Assembly: GCA_016180845.1 (NCBI GenBank)
Contig: JACPAK010000001.1
Location: 86,836 to 150,835, forward strand
Direction of reading: 5' to 3'
Source: Deltaproteobacteria bacterium
GTDB taxonomy: Bacteria; UBA10199; JACPAL01
Length of the DNA: 64,000 bases
In this document: in pieces, positions 46,981-58,699 of the stretch
Numbering within the stretch: the stretch's first letter is position 1
Layout: each line of letters starts with the position of its first letter
The notes under the pieces: model-generated
The model's database searches: none
Seen by the model: the letters and a program-made list of their open reading frames with translations, nothing else
Told to the model about the DNA's origin: nothing
Translations under genes and position numbers: made by a program

Positions 46981-48573
46981 ATTTTTCTGCTGACGGTTTC
47001 TACGCCACTCTTCGCACGCGATCCACAGTTCAACGCCCAAAATTTGAAACCAGCGACCGATGTTGGAAATTATCTCGGTGTCTCCGGAAGCACCCCCATT
47101 GCCCCAAAGCAATTTTGCCTGGGACTCATGATGGATTATGCCCATGCCCCGATCGGTTTTTTTAATGCTGCAGGAGTCAAGGTACAGAATATCATCGAGA
47201 GAGAGATCGACTTTCACCTGTCAGGGACTTACGGGTTCCTGGAGTGGCTGGATGCCGGAATCTTGATTTCTTCCGCCCCCTATCTCGTCTTCCGACCGAC
47301 GGACAATGCAACGACTGCCATTGATGAATCATCAACGACCGATACCCGAATCCGGATGGGAGATATCCTGCTCAATGCCCGTTTTCGACTCTTGGACCAT
47401 CACACGTATCCAGTGGGACTCGCCTTTATTCCATTTGTCACGATTCCTACCGGAAGCGGCGTCAGTTTCGTCGGGAATAATCAATTTACCGGTGGTGGGA
47501 TGATCGTTGTCGAGAGCCCACGGGTGGCGAATCGATTCTCCGTCGCCTTGAATACAGGTTATGAGATTCGTGAGCGCGCTACCCTCTCAACAGGAACAGT
47601 CATTAATGACCTCTTCCTTTATGGTCTCGGTGGAAATCTCTCGGTTCATCAGAAGGTCGATATCATTGCCGAACTGAGGGGCTTTACAATGGTCGGTGAC
47701 TTCTTTGGGGGCCAACGACCGATGGAATGGGAAGGAGGGGTCCGCTTCTACCCGGTGGAAAGATGGGCCGTCACGGTGGGAGGTGGAACAGGTCTCCTCG
47801 AAGGGATTGGAAACCCCACAGTAAGAGTCCTCGCTGGCGTTGCCTATGTGCCTGAACGGAAGCCTCATGAACGTAAGGAAAAAATCAAAAAGGAACCAAA
47901 ACCGGCCGGAGAACCCAAAATCGAGGAACCCAAAAAAGAGAAGAAGAAAAAAGAGAGACTGACCAAGGAGCAAAAAAGAGATGCGGATGGGGATGGGATC
48001 AGAAACGCCGATGACCATTGTCCCACTGAGGTCGGCCCTGCCGACAACGGCGGCTGTCCGGTTCGGCCAATAATCGTCATTAATCCCAAAGAATACCGGA
48101 TTCTGACACGACCGATCCACTTCGATTTTGAGAAGACAGCCCTTCGAAAAGATGCCCTGCCGATCGTTCAGGCAGTCGCTGATGCCCTGAAATCAAAACC
48201 AACGATCCGGCTTCTTTCTGTGGAAGGTCATACCGACGATGTAGGGCGCACAAAATTTAATCAATGGCTCTCCGAGGAACGGGCCAAAACTGTCTTGGGC
48301 TATCTTATTTCGCAAGGGATAGAAAAAGAGCGGCTTACCTCTGTCGGCTATGGTGAGACAAAGCCGGTCGATCCATCCCGTAATCGGGAAGCCTGGAAAA
48401 AGAATCGACGGGTCGAGTTTGTCTTTAAAGAGGTCGACGGCTTGATAGTCCCCGAGGAAACACCATCCTCCACTGAGCCGACCCTTCCCGAATCAGGGCC
48501 TGTGACTGTTCCCCCGGTCGAGCCTCCTGCGCCGGAAGGTACAATCCCGCCAATGCCACCATCCGGCCTCTAA
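46951..48573 (+). CDS. OmpA-family outer-membrane protein with thrombospondin-type-3-like Asp repeat
   Basis: Signal peptide MRKTHLLFLFIFLLTVSTPLFA. C-terminal OmpA domain (EGHTDDVG...NRRVEF). DADGDGIRNADDHCP calcium-binding-type repeat. Confidence 0.8.
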   Translation: MRKTHLLFLFIFLLTVSTPLFARDPQFNAQNLKPATDVGNYLGVSGSTPIAPKQFCLGLMMDYAHAPIGFFNAAGVKVQNIIEREIDFHLSGTYGFLEWLDAGILISSAPYLVFRPTDNATTAIDESSTTDTRIRMGDILLNARFRLLDHHTYPVGLAFIPFVTIPTGSGVSFVGNNQFTGGGMIVVESPRVANRFSVALNTGYEIRERATLSTGTVINDLFLYGLGGNLSVHQKVDIIAELRGFTMVGDFFGGQRPMEWEGGVRFYPVERWAVTVGGGTGLLEGIGNPTVRVLAGVAYVPERKPHERKEKIKKEPKPAGEPKIEEPKKEKKKKERLTKEQKRDADGDGIRNADDHCPTEVGPADNGGCPVRPIIVINPKEYRILTRPIHFDFEKTALRKDALPIVQAVADALKSKPTIRLLSVEGHTDDVGRTKFNQWLSEERAKTVLGYLISQGIEKERLTSVGYGETKPVDPSRNREAWKKNRRVEFVFKEVDGLIVPEETPSSTEPTLPESGPVTVPPVEPPAPEGTIPPMPPSGL

Positions 48574-48672
48574 TCAACAACAACATCTGAAAAAATAGGA
48601 AACTTTTCGGTTAAGTCCCCGATAACTAGATCAGGATGATTGGTCATATATTATATTTATCAGGAGGTTAAT

Positions 48673-49137
48673 ATGTGGGGGCTCATGATCGATACAGCAC
48701 TTTTACTGGCCAGCGCCATCCAAGTGGCAAGGGCAAGTCAGCACCTGTATGTCCCAGCCGGGACAGGAGTTAGAGTTCATGATATTGATGCTCATATGAG
48801 GAAGAGCCTCCGTGTTACGGCAAGGCCTCTTGATCTCATGGCAGCAGGAGACATTCTTCGTCAAAATGGTGTAGCGGGTGGAGTCTTCGATGCCACATTT
48901 CCTAGGGCCCACACATCTCCTCGATTATCCTACGCTGTCGATGTTCATCGAGACTCGCTAACCGTGTGGCGTGGAGGCACAATTCAGGGGAGGAAACAGC
49001 TAGTTATGGCTGATTTGAAGATGCCCGGGAGATGGGGGACAAAACTTGCCTTCTTGGGAGCAGCCCTCGCTGTCACTGACCTCTCAATGAGGGCCTTCTC
49101 TTCTGACCATCGAGGATTGGAACGAATCTTTACTTAA
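48673..49137 (+). CDS. hypothetical secreted protein
   Basis: RBS AGGAGG precedes ATG 48673. N-terminal hydrophobic segment MWGLMIDTALLLASAIQVARA. Confidence 0.4.
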   Translation: MWGLMIDTALLLASAIQVARASQHLYVPAGTGVRVHDIDAHMRKSLRVTARPLDLMAAGDILRQNGVAGGVFDATFPRAHTSPRLSYAVDVHRDSLTVWRGGTIQGRKQLVMADLKMPGRWGTKLAFLGAALAVTDLSMRAFSSDHRGLERIFT

Positions 49138-49198
49138 AACAACCTCCTTTACAACGTATCCTTCATGGGAAGAAACGCTACGAATTCTTGCTTTAACA

Positions 49199-49684
49199 CT
49201 AATCCCGAAAGTTATTAAACTGCAGAGGAATCGGGAAATCGATCGCGCGGATGTTTTGAATCACATTCTGGAGATCATCTCTCTTCTTCCCAGTGACCCG
49301 AAGCTGTTCCCCCTGAATCGATACCTGGACCTTGAGATCCATCTCCTTGATCTTCTTTACGAGCTCCTTCCCCCTCTCCTGATCGATCCCCTTGATCAAC
49401 TTCACGAGGCATTTCGTACGTCCCCCCAGAGCCGATTCGATCTTTCCAACTTCGAGCGACTTGATCGAGATCCCTCGCTTGATCGCCTTCGACTGAAGAA
49501 TGTCGATGAGTGCCTTCATCTTATATTCATCCGAGCTCTCGAGCTGGATCCCCTCCTTGTCGAGACGGAGCGTTGAATTGGTCCCCTTGAAATCAAATCG
49601 GGCAATGACCTCTTTCACCGCCTGATTGACGGCATTGTCGACCTCTTGAAGGTTGATTTCTGAAACGATGTCAAAAGAGGGCAT
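49199..49684 (-). CDS. yajQ: YajQ-family (UPF0234) nucleotide-binding protein
   Basis: 161 aa. MPSFDIVSE...RFDFKG N-terminus is characteristic of YajQ. Confidence 0.8.
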   Translation of the reverse strand: MPSFDIVSEINLQEVDNAVNQAVKEVIARFDFKGTNSTLRLDKEGIQLESSDEYKMKALIDILQSKAIKRGISIKSLEVGKIESALGGRTKCLVKLIKGIDQERGKELVKKIKEMDLKVQVSIQGEQLRVTGKKRDDLQNVIQNIRAIDFPIPLQFNNFRD

Positions 49685-49716
49685 GGGGGTTCACTACAGA
49701 AAATAATAGGGGACTT

Positions 49717-51249
49717 TCAAGAAAATTTTGAGGAAGGAATCAATGACAGTCCGGTCATTTCAGCCGGCTTCGGGATCCCGATGATCTGAAAGATCGTCGG
49801 TGTCACATCGCGGAGCCCACCACTCCGGAGAGTAACCCCCTTCCATTGGTCACCGATCAATAAAAACGGGACCCGATTCGTCGTGTGAGCAGTATGGGGT
49901 CCTCCCCTCCCGTCGACCATCTCTTCACAATTCCCATGATCGGCGGTGATGATGAGGGTCCCTTTTTTTGCCTCCACTTCCTGAGCCAATTGACCGAGGC
50001 AATCATCGATCACCTCCACCGCTCGCATTGTTGCCTTCAAATCCCCGGAATGCCCGACCATATCGGGATTCGCATAGTTCATGATCACAACAGGACAGCC
50101 AGCTCGAATCCTCTTCATCGCCTCATCGGTCACTTGAGCGGCATGCATCTCCGGTTTCTTGTCATAGGTTGGGACATCGCGAGGCGACTGAATCAAAAGC
50201 CGCTCTTCGAGAGGGAATGGTTTCTCAACTCCCCCATTCAAAAAATAGGTCACATGCGCATATTTTTCAGTCTCCGCTGTGTGAAACTGTGGGATCTGAT
50301 GCTCACTCAAGATCTCGGCCAGGATTCTCCTTGGCTTTTCGGGAGAAAAAGCAACTGGGAGCTTAAAGGTCTTGTCGTACTCGGTCATGCAGACAAACAT
50401 CCCTAACTTTGGGAAACGTCTCCTTGGGAATCCGTCAAAATCGGCATCGGTCAAGGCGCGTGTCAATTCACGTGCCCTATCAGCGCGAAAATTGAAAAAG
50501 ATCACGACATCGCCGTCCTGTATCCCATTGTCCTTTCCAAAAAGGACTGGTTGAATGAATTCGTCGGTGACATGCTTCGCATAAACTTGATCGATCGTGC
50601 GAATCGGATCGTCGTGTAATTCCCCTTTTCGTTCGACCATCGCCTCATAGGCCAACTGGACCCTCTCCCATCGTTTGTCGCGATCCATCGCATAGTAACG
50701 ACCGACAAGTGTCGCGATCTCACCGACCTTCGCCTTCCCCATCTCTTCCTGAAGATGAGCCAAGTAACTCTGGCTGCTTTTTGGTGGGGTATCCCGCCCA
50801 TCCAGAAAACAATGAACTGAAAGCTTTTCGACTTTCTGTTCCTTCGCCATCTTGAACAGAGAAAAAAGATGCCTTTCGTGACTATGCACCCCCCCATCGG
50901 AGAGGAGCCCCATGAGGTGGACCCTCTTTTTGGTTTCAACCGCCTTACGAAACGCGGTAAGGAGGGTTGGATTTTTAAAAAACGACCCCTCGTCGATCGC
51001 ATGATTGATTCGGGAGAGATCCTGATAAATGATCCGACCCGCCCCGATGGTGAGGTGCCCAACCTCTGAATTCCCCATCGTGCCAGCCGGTAAACCGACC
51101 GCCTCACCAGAGGCATCAAGAAGTGTATGCGGATAATCTTTTAAAAAGTGATTGAGGTTCGGGGTCTTCGCAAGCCGGATCGCATTTCCTTCACGCGCCG
51201 CCCGCTCACCAAAACCGTCGAGGATGACTAATACAATTAGTTCAGTCAT
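49717..51249 (-). CDS. gpmI: 2,3-bisphosphoglycerate-independent phosphoglycerate mutase
   Basis: 510 aa. The N-terminal motif IDGFGE, the metal-binding phosphatase-domain motifs and ADHGN near the C-terminus are all present. Confidence 0.9.
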   Translation of the reverse strand: MTELIVLVILDGFGERAAREGNAIRLAKTPNLNHFLKDYPHTLLDASGEAVGLPAGTMGNSEVGHLTIGAGRIIYQDLSRINHAIDEGSFFKNPTLLTAFRKAVETKKRVHLMGLLSDGGVHSHERHLFSLFKMAKEQKVEKLSVHCFLDGRDTPPKSSQSYLAHLQEEMGKAKVGEIATLVGRYYAMDRDKRWERVQLAYEAMVERKGELHDDPIRTIDQVYAKHVTDEFIQPVLFGKDNGIQDGDVVIFFNFRADRARELTRALTDADFDGFPRRRFPKLGMFVCMTEYDKTFKLPVAFSPEKPRRILAEILSEHQIPQFHTAETEKYAHVTYFLNGGVEKPFPLEERLLIQSPRDVPTYDKKPEMHAAQVTDEAMKRIRAGCPVVIMNYANPDMVGHSGDLKATMRAVEVIDDCLGQLAQEVEAKKGTLIITADHGNCEEMVDGRGGPHTAHTTNRVPFLLIGDQWKGVTLRSGGLRDVTPTIFQIIGIPKPAEMTGLSLIPSSKFS

Positions 51250-51641
51250 TTAAGCCGAAAGGTAACCCGTGGGGCATCCCCCCAGAGGCGATCGAGGGCG
51301 TAGAAAGAACGAACCTCTTCGTAAAAGATATGAACGACGACATTCACGTAATCCATCAGGATCCACTGCCCCTGGTTATGACCTTCAACACCGATCGGCC
51401 TGATCTTTTTATTCCCGAGGTTTTCTAAGATTCGATCCGAAATCGCACGGACCTGGCGGTCAGAACGCCCTGTGGCAATCACAAAAAAATCGGTGAACGC
51501 CGATGATTTTCTTAAATCAAGCACCTCAATATCAACTGCTTTCACGTCGTCAGCAGCTTGGGCAATGAGCTTTGCTACTGCCCTTGAATTCATCCCATCA
51601 GTACTTTTGGTCCTAGGCCGTTTCGGTGCCGTTTTATTCAC
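51246..51641 (-). CDS. rsfS: ribosomal silencing factor RsfS (Iojap)
   Basis: DFFVIATGRSDRQVRAISDRI, WILMDY and VVVHIF motifs. Confidence 0.85.
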   Translation of the reverse strand: MNKTAPKRPRTKSTDGMNSRAVAKLIAQAADDVKAVDIEVLDLRKSSAFTDFFVIATGRSDRQVRAISDRILENLGNKKIRPIGVEGHNQGQWILMDYVNVVVHIFYEEVRSFYALDRLWGDAPRVTFRLK

Positions 51642-52890
51642 GAATCTGTCCCCTTCCTCTCACAACAAACTTCGTCGTGGTTAGTTCCTCTAAACCCATA
51701 GGCCCAAAGGCATGCAACTTCGTCGTACTAATCCCGATCTCTGCACCCAGACCCAATTGCCCTCCATCGTTGAACCGGGTGGAGGCGTTCCATAAAACAA
51801 CTGACGAATCAAGTCGATTCAAAAACTCCTCGGCATCTGTCGCATCCTCCGTCACGATCGTTTCGGTATGCGAGGAGCCGTATTTTTGAATATGACGGAT
51901 CGCCTCCTCCATCGTCGAAACAACCTTTACTGAGAGGATCAAATCCAGATATTCCGCCGGCCAGTCCTTTTCTGTCGCCCTCTTGATGCCAGAAACGATC
52001 CTTCGGGTTGCGGGGTCTCCCCGGATCTCAACCCCAGCAGTCTGAAAACGGCGGATCATCGATGGCAGAAATTGGCCGGCGATCCCCTCATGAACCACAA
52101 GCGTCTCCATCGCATTACAGACACCCGGTCGCTGGACCTTCGCATTGAAGGCGATCTCCGCGGCCATTTTGAGATCCGCCTTTTCATCGACATAGACATG
52201 ACAGACCCCCTTGTCATGTTTGATCACCGGTATTTTGGAGTGCTCCTCCATCCACTTCATGAGTGACTCCCCACCCCGAGGGATCATGAGATCGACAAAC
52301 CGACTCTGACGGACCAGGATCTCCATCGCCTTCCGATCCGGGGTGTCAACCACCTGGAGGATATTGGGATCAAGACCCGAGTCCTGAATCGCCTGACGAA
52401 AAAGCCTCCCCAGAAAAATATTCGAGTGAATCGCTTCAGACCCACCGCGCAGGACGACCGCGTTCCCTGACTTGAGACAGAGCGTCGCCGCATCGATCGT
52501 GACATTCGGTCTCGACTCATAAATAATCCCAATGACCCCTAACGGGATACGAACCTTCGAAACTTGAAGACCGTTCGGTCGCGTCCAACTCTTCACCACC
52601 TGACCCACCGGATCCGAGAGAGCCTGGACCTCCCGAACCCCACGAGCCATCTCTTCAATCCGTTTATCCGTGAGGGTCAACCGATCGAGCATCGCAGGAC
52701 TTAATTTCCCACGGGCTTTCTTTAAGTCCTTTTCATTTTCCCTTTTGATCTCTTCACGCCGCGAGAGAAGGATCTCGGCAAGCCGACCCAAGACCTGATT
52801 TTTGACCTCTGTCGATAACTTGGCAACTAATGGCGCCGCCTCGTGGGCCCGTTTGCAGATCGTTTCGATATGTTTTTTAAGAGACTTCAT
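51634..52890 (-). CDS. proA: gamma-glutamyl phosphate reductase
   Basis: ALDH-superfamily fold with ProA-specific motifs, and it overlaps proB and rsfS. Confidence 0.9.
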   Translation of the reverse strand: MKSLKKHIETICKRAHEAAPLVAKLSTEVKNQVLGRLAEILLSRREEIKRENEKDLKKARGKLSPAMLDRLTLTDKRIEEMARGVREVQALSDPVGQVVKSWTRPNGLQVSKVRIPLGVIGIIYESRPNVTIDAATLCLKSGNAVVLRGGSEAIHSNIFLGRLFRQAIQDSGLDPNILQVVDTPDRKAMEILVRQSRFVDLMIPRGGESLMKWMEEHSKIPVIKHDKGVCHVYVDEKADLKMAAEIAFNAKVQRPGVCNAMETLVVHEGIAGQFLPSMIRRFQTAGVEIRGDPATRRIVSGIKRATEKDWPAEYLDLILSVKVVSTMEEAIRHIQKYGSSHTETIVTEDATDAEEFLNRLDSSVVLWNASTRFNDGGQLGLGAEIGISTTKLHAFGPMGLEELTTTKFVVRGRGQIRE

Positions 52891-54014
52891 AAAAGCACGA
52901 GGTCATCTCGATGAATGAGTTCATCCGGTCCTTTATACCCCAAAACCTTCTCGAACTCGGATGTTTTTTTCCCCTTAATCTGCGTCACCTCTTCCGAATT
53001 ATAAGAGATGAGCCCACGGGCAATGGTCTTCCCTGATGGATCATTCAGATCCACAGGATCCCCTTGGGAAAACTTTCCTTGAACCTCAAGGACACCCGAG
53101 GCCAAGAGGCTTTTCTTGCCAGTAACCAATGCCTGGACCGCCCCGCCATCGACGACGAGTCTCCCCTGAGGCTTCAAGGTATACGCAATCCAATGCTTTC
53201 GTGCAACGAGCGGATCGACACGCGGGAGGAAGAGAGTTCCCACCGATTCATCCAAAAAAATTTTTTTGAGGGTATTCGCATCCCGACCATTCGCAATGAC
53301 CGTCGGGACCCCAAACTGCCCCGCCTTGTGGGCCGCTTCAAGCTTCGTCTTCATGCCACCGATAGAAATGTTTTTTGCCGTATCGGAGGCATAAGAAAAG
53401 AAATCATCATCAACATTCTCAACAACAGGAATGATTTTCGCTTCAGGATCATGATCTGGATCGGCGGTATAAAAACCGTCCCTGTCTGTCAGCAGCACCA
53501 AGAGATCGGCCTCGATAACATTTGTGACAAGTGCGGCAAGATTATCATTGTCTCCAAAACGAATCTCTTCAGTCACGACGGTGTCGTTCTCATTGATGAT
53601 CGGCATGATCCCCTGATGCAGCAAGGCGGTCAGGGCATGTTTGGCATTCAGAAAACGGGCTCGGTCCTCCAGATCATTCCGGGTCAGTAAAACCTGCGCA
53701 ACATGAAGACGATGTCTCTGGAGGGACTTTTGATAGAGGCCCATCAAAATCGGTTGCCCAATAGCCGCGCAGGCCTGCAGTTCCCCGATCTGATGGGGTC
53801 TCTTCGACAGTCTCAAATGCTGCATGCCAAGGGGGATCGCCCCTGAGGTCACCAGAATGACCCGAATCCCTTTTTTCTGAATAAACGCAATCCCGCTCGC
53901 AATACCACCGAGCGCCTTGGGAGAGAGACGACCTTTATCATCCAAGAGGACACTGGTCCCGATCTTGATCACGACACGTCGAACTTTACGGATGATTTTT
54001 TTTAGTGTGACCAC
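52887..54014 (-). CDS. proB: glutamate 5-kinase with C-terminal PUA domain
   Basis: Amino-acid-kinase N-terminus VIKIGTSVL and a PUA domain at the C-terminus. Confidence 0.9.
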   Translation of the reverse strand: MVTLKKIIRKVRRVVIKIGTSVLLDDKGRLSPKALGGIASGIAFIQKKGIRVILVTSGAIPLGMQHLRLSKRPHQIGELQACAAIGQPILMGLYQKSLQRHRLHVAQVLLTRNDLEDRARFLNAKHALTALLHQGIMPIINENDTVVTEEIRFGDNDNLAALVTNVIEADLLVLLTDRDGFYTADPDHDPEAKIIPVVENVDDDFFSYASDTAKNISIGGMKTKLEAAHKAGQFGVPTVIANGRDANTLKKIFLDESVGTLFLPRVDPLVARKHWIAYTLKPQGRLVVDGGAVQALVTGKKSLLASGVLEVQGKFSQGDPVDLNDPSGKTIARGLISYNSEEVTQIKGKKTSEFEKVLGYKGPDELIHRDDLVLL

Positions 54015-54244
54015 TCTTGAGGTGTATATGTTTTTAGGGAAAAGGCATGGACAGAACCGGAAGCGATCTCCGCATCAAAAAAACCTTTGACCATTCGATG
54101 TTGTTCCAACATCGATTTCCCTTCAAATCGGGATGAAACAACAGTCACCTGCCAGTGGTCCCGGGTTCCCGTCAAATCCCGAATTTCAACCCGTGCACCC
54201 GGCAATCTCTCCTCGATCCTCTTCTTGATCGCAATATCGTCCAT
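54002..54244 (-). CDS. BolA-family protein
   Basis: 80 aa. RDHWQVTVVSSRFEGKSMLEQHRMV is BolA-like. Confidence 0.7.
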   Translation of the reverse strand: MDDIAIKKRIEERLPGARVEIRDLTGTRDHWQVTVVSSRFEGKSMLEQHRMVKGFFDAEIASGSVHAFSLKTYTPQEWSH

Positions 54245-54277
54245 GCCTATTCATTTAAGCTATTCAAATGGGCTTGT

Positions 54278-57200
54278 CTAGTTCCAGCTGCTGCGAGTTT
54301 CGGCAGTCCGGGAGAGTGCAATAGCAACGCCTGGATATTGTCCCATCAGATGTTCCAAGGCATCGGCAGGAAGGCGGAGGACTGTGGCATCAGTTGAAGC
54401 GACCACTGTAGCCGAACGTGGGGCATTATTGACGAGGGCCATCTCACCGAACATTCCACCAGGCCCTTGCCTGTTGATTGAAAAACCTAGGGGGTTGCGA
54501 ACGTCGAACTGGCCTGACTGAACGAGGTAGACATCACAATCCCTTGCCCCACGCCGGATCAATCTTTCCCCTTTTTTGACGGTCTGGATCTCTCCCACTG
54601 AAAAAAGGAGATCCTGGAGAGAGGGGGGAAGACTGGCCAACGATGAGAGACTGATCGCTTGTGGGGCGACACGACGACCATTTCTGACCCGACGCACTTT
54701 TTCCTGAAGAAGTTGACGGGTGTAGGGGGTCAGCCGCGCGGTATCAACCTCGAGAAGAAGTGAGGGGGTCGTTGTCCGAACATCGGCGTTTCTCGGCTCA
54801 TCCACTAACGCCGCCTCTCCAAAAAGACCGTTCGGGCGAAGCGCTATGCTGGATCGGCTCCTGCTCACCTCCACCTCTCCATCGAGAAGGATATAAAATT
54901 GAGATTCCGTACTCCCCTCCCGAATAAACAGCTCTCCAGCATCCATCGCACGAATACGACCTGTACGTAGGAGCTCGTCCTTGAGCGGAGGGTGGAGAGA
55001 ATCAAGAATCGGAAGCTGATCCAATGCCCTGCGGGCAAAATCACTCTGGGAGGACAAGGGGGCGTCGGGGAGATGACCGGAAAGATCGATGAACCCTTCA
55101 TGGCCCGCCTTCCACTTGGGAACCCTCGCCTTCTCAGCAGCCTTGCTATCAATATGATAGACAAAGACGTTCGAGGTATTAGCCCCATCGGCTACCAATC
55201 GATCAAGAAGCGTTCTTGTCGATTCTGGTGGCGTGTGGATCGTGGGGACACCACCTTCGACGAGGATCACGGGTGGAGGAGTCTCTTTCCCATATTTTTT
55301 CAGGACCTCAGCATAACGGATAATATTTTGAGCCCGTTCCCGACTCATGATCGGCGACTTTCCATCCTTCCCTTCCGTATGCTTCCAGATCCCTTCAACA
55401 TCGGCATAGCTATCCCCCGTAAAACAGACAACCGGTTTCCCGTGGACGAGATCAGGTCTCGTGTAGATCTCAAAGCCGATCGTCGGGATCACATGGAACG
55501 AATAATCGGCACGAAAATGAAGCCCGTTGATCTCTGTAAACCTCTGAGGAAGCAGAGGGACGAAATTCCATTGGATCAGTCCCTCACCCCTCCCTCCAAG
55601 GGCCAGTTGATATTGTCTCTGAAGCATCTTGAAAATAGTCGGTGTTGTATGAACCTTGATCTTCGGCAAGGCACGCAAAAGCTCAGGTATCGCCGGTCCA
55701 TAATGATCGGAATGTCCATGCGTCAAGACAACCCCATCAATCGCCTCGAGAGGAAGCCCGTTCTGGGCAAAATATTCGAGGGTATTCGTGGGGGGATCGA
55801 CCAGAACGACCTTCCCACGGTTCCAGATCATGAAGCCGCTTGTATTCTCACCTAAGGCATACCCGTGTCCTGTCCCGAGGGGCCACAGTGCTGGCTTTCC
55901 TTCTTGTAAAACCTCTCTCCTCCTCTTTTGTAACTCCGGATCCTTCCAGGCGGTTTGGGGTTGTGGAACAGGAGGTTTCGGCAGATATTTCCTGAGATCG
56001 AGTCTGCCGATAAATTTCCCTTGATCGGTAATATCATAAGTCAGCGGTGCAATTTTTCTGATAACCACACCATTCTTTCCGAAGACCCCATCTCCATCGA
56101 AACAATCGATCTCCCTTCGAGCCGAAGCAGGTGCGGCACCAAATCCCTCTCGCATTTCTCGAGGAAGGTCGGGGACTCCTGTAGCATCAGGGGGATATTC
56201 ATCCTGGACTTGTTGGCGCAAGGTCGCATCATCGGGTCCATCGTGGGCCAGATTGAGCATTTTCTCCATCTGACCTGCCGTTTTGATGTCTGGCGCAACA
56301 AAATGATACCTCGTCCCCTTGGTGACATAAAAATTGTACTGGGGGAAATCGGCTGCCAGGAGACCGACTGTCTTCGGCACAAAATCGAGGTCAACGACAC
56401 AGGTCAATGGGACCAAATGATGCATCCTGTCTTTCGGTATCTCTGCCCCACCATTTTTTAGATAGAGTTCGAGGACATCTTTGTTGCTCCACATCGGCAG
56501 ACCAAACTGGAAAAGCCCCCCTTCCGTTTTGACCATGATCCCCCCATGCGGGAGTTGAGTGACTTTATCAGAGTCGATTTCTGGAACTGCCCTTTGATGG
56601 AAGGAGGGATCAACCCGGCGCAGAAAGGTACCAACCGGACGACCGAGGATCATCGAGGCGAGCCCTTCCCCCATTTCCATCTTCATCCGTTCTCTCATCG
56701 TCAAGTCGGATCGGGGATCACCATAAGACTCTTCAAGCAAAATTCCGGTCCCAATAGAAAAGGATGCCTGAACCGGTTGCAACAGAAGGTCCTGCAATAA
56801 TCTCTGCCCAAAACCATATTGATGCAGAAGCCCCATCCCCAAAAGGGTCGAAGGACAGGAGTAAATAAATCCGTCAACCCAGGCCCGCCCAAAGGAGGGG
56901 GCGATGCTTTTTTCATCAGATCGAAACTGCTGAACCACCGCCATCGCCATCGAGGAAACGACGGAGAGAAAAATATTGGAAAGGGCAAATGAGGCGGCGC
57001 GATGATTTCCCGGCCCCAATAAACGATTGGCCGCTTTGAGGCAGAGGGGTGTTATTCGATTCGTCAACAAACCAAGACCAGCAATAATGCTGCCGGTCTC
57101 TCCCCACCGTGAGAGGGAAAACAGCTTATCCTCCCACGCCTCATAGGAACTGATATACTGTCGTCCTGTCGCCGATGGATTCGCGGCCAAAAGCCCATGC

Positions 57201-57298
57201 GTGAGACGGTATTCCTCGGTAGCTGGTCGGTAGCGACCAAGGTGATCCTGCGGCAAGATGGGTCGGGCGCCCTCCATGATTGTTAGAAGATCGACCAC
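54278..57298 (-). CDS. multidomain protein: N-terminal unknown region, then MBL-fold metallohydrolase (THGHSDH), then two C-terminal cyclic-nucleotide-binding domains
   Basis: HxHxDH motif VVLTHGHSDHYG. Two cNMP-binding signatures FGEAALVDEPRNADVRT and FGEMALVNNAPRSATVV. 1006 aa in total. Confidence 0.7.
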   Translation of the reverse strand: MVDLLTIMEGARPILPQDHLGRYRPATEEYRLTHGLLAANPSATGRQYISSYEAWEDKLFSLSRWGETGSIIAGLGLLTNRITPLCLKAANRLLGPGNHRAASFALSNIFLSVVSSMAMAVVQQFRSDEKSIAPSFGRAWVDGFIYSCPSTLLGMGLLHQYGFGQRLLQDLLLQPVQASFSIGTGILLEESYGDPRSDLTMRERMKMEMGEGLASMILGRPVGTFLRRVDPSFHQRAVPEIDSDKVTQLPHGGIMVKTEGGLFQFGLPMWSNKDVLELYLKNGGAEIPKDRMHHLVPLTCVVDLDFVPKTVGLLAADFPQYNFYVTKGTRYHFVAPDIKTAGQMEKMLNLAHDGPDDATLRQQVQDEYPPDATGVPDLPREMREGFGAAPASARREIDCFDGDGVFGKNGVVIRKIAPLTYDITDQGKFIGRLDLRKYLPKPPVPQPQTAWKDPELQKRRREVLQEGKPALWPLGTGHGYALGENTSGFMIWNRGKVVLVDPPTNTLEYFAQNGLPLEAIDGVVLTHGHSDHYGPAIPELLRALPKIKVHTTPTIFKMLQRQYQLALGGRGEGLIQWNFVPLLPQRFTEINGLHFRADYSFHVIPTIGFEIYTRPDLVHGKPVVCFTGDSYADVEGIWKHTEGKDGKSPIMSRERAQNIIRYAEVLKKYGKETPPPVILVEGGVPTIHTPPESTRTLLDRLVADGANTSNVFVYHIDSKAAEKARVPKWKAGHEGFIDLSGHLPDAPLSSQSDFARRALDQLPILDSLHPPLKDELLRTGRIRAMDAGELFIREGSTESQFYILLDGEVEVSRSRSSIALRPNGLFGEAALVDEPRNADVRTTTPSLLLEVDTARLTPYTRQLLQEKVRRVRNGRRVAPQAISLSSLASLPPSLQDLLFSVGEIQTVKKGERLIRRGARDCDVYLVQSGQFDVRNPLGFSINRQGPGGMFGEMALVNNAPRSATVVASTDATVLRLPADALEHLMGQYPGVAIALSRTAETRSSWN

Positions 57299-57322
57299 CT
57301 CCCCGAAAAGGTTGTCAGGAAT

Positions 57323-58342
<1,020 letters not shown>

Positions 58343-58436
58343 TTAAGTATTGTTCTCATCGTTCGCTCCGCTGGACCTCGCGGAGTAAATCCGACTCGGT
58401 CCATGCTCGCTCACTATTTATGGGTCTAGAGGGAAT

Positions 58437-58688
58437 TTACTTGGGATAAACACTCACCTGGCGTTTTTCGCCGTGAGGTTCGAATTTGACGATCCCATCG
58501 ATCTTGGAGAAAAGGGTCCAGTCACGACCGACACCGACATTTTTCCCGGGATAGATCTTGGAACCGACCTGACGGACAATAATAGAACCGGCACGGATCA
58601 CCTCACCACCATACACCTTCGTCCCCCGCCGCTGACCGTGGCTATCACGACCGTTGGTAGAGCTGCCACCTGCTTTTTTATGTGCCAT
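58437..58688 (-). CDS. rpmA: 50S ribosomal protein L27
   Basis: [17 protein letters not shown]-terminus. Confidence 0.95.
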   Translation of the reverse strand: MAHKKAGGSSTNGRDSHGQRRGTKVYGGEVIRAGSIIVRQVGSKIYPGKNVGVGRDWTLFSKIDGIVKFEPHGEKRQVSVYPK

Positions 58689-58699
58689 GAGAAAATTCC

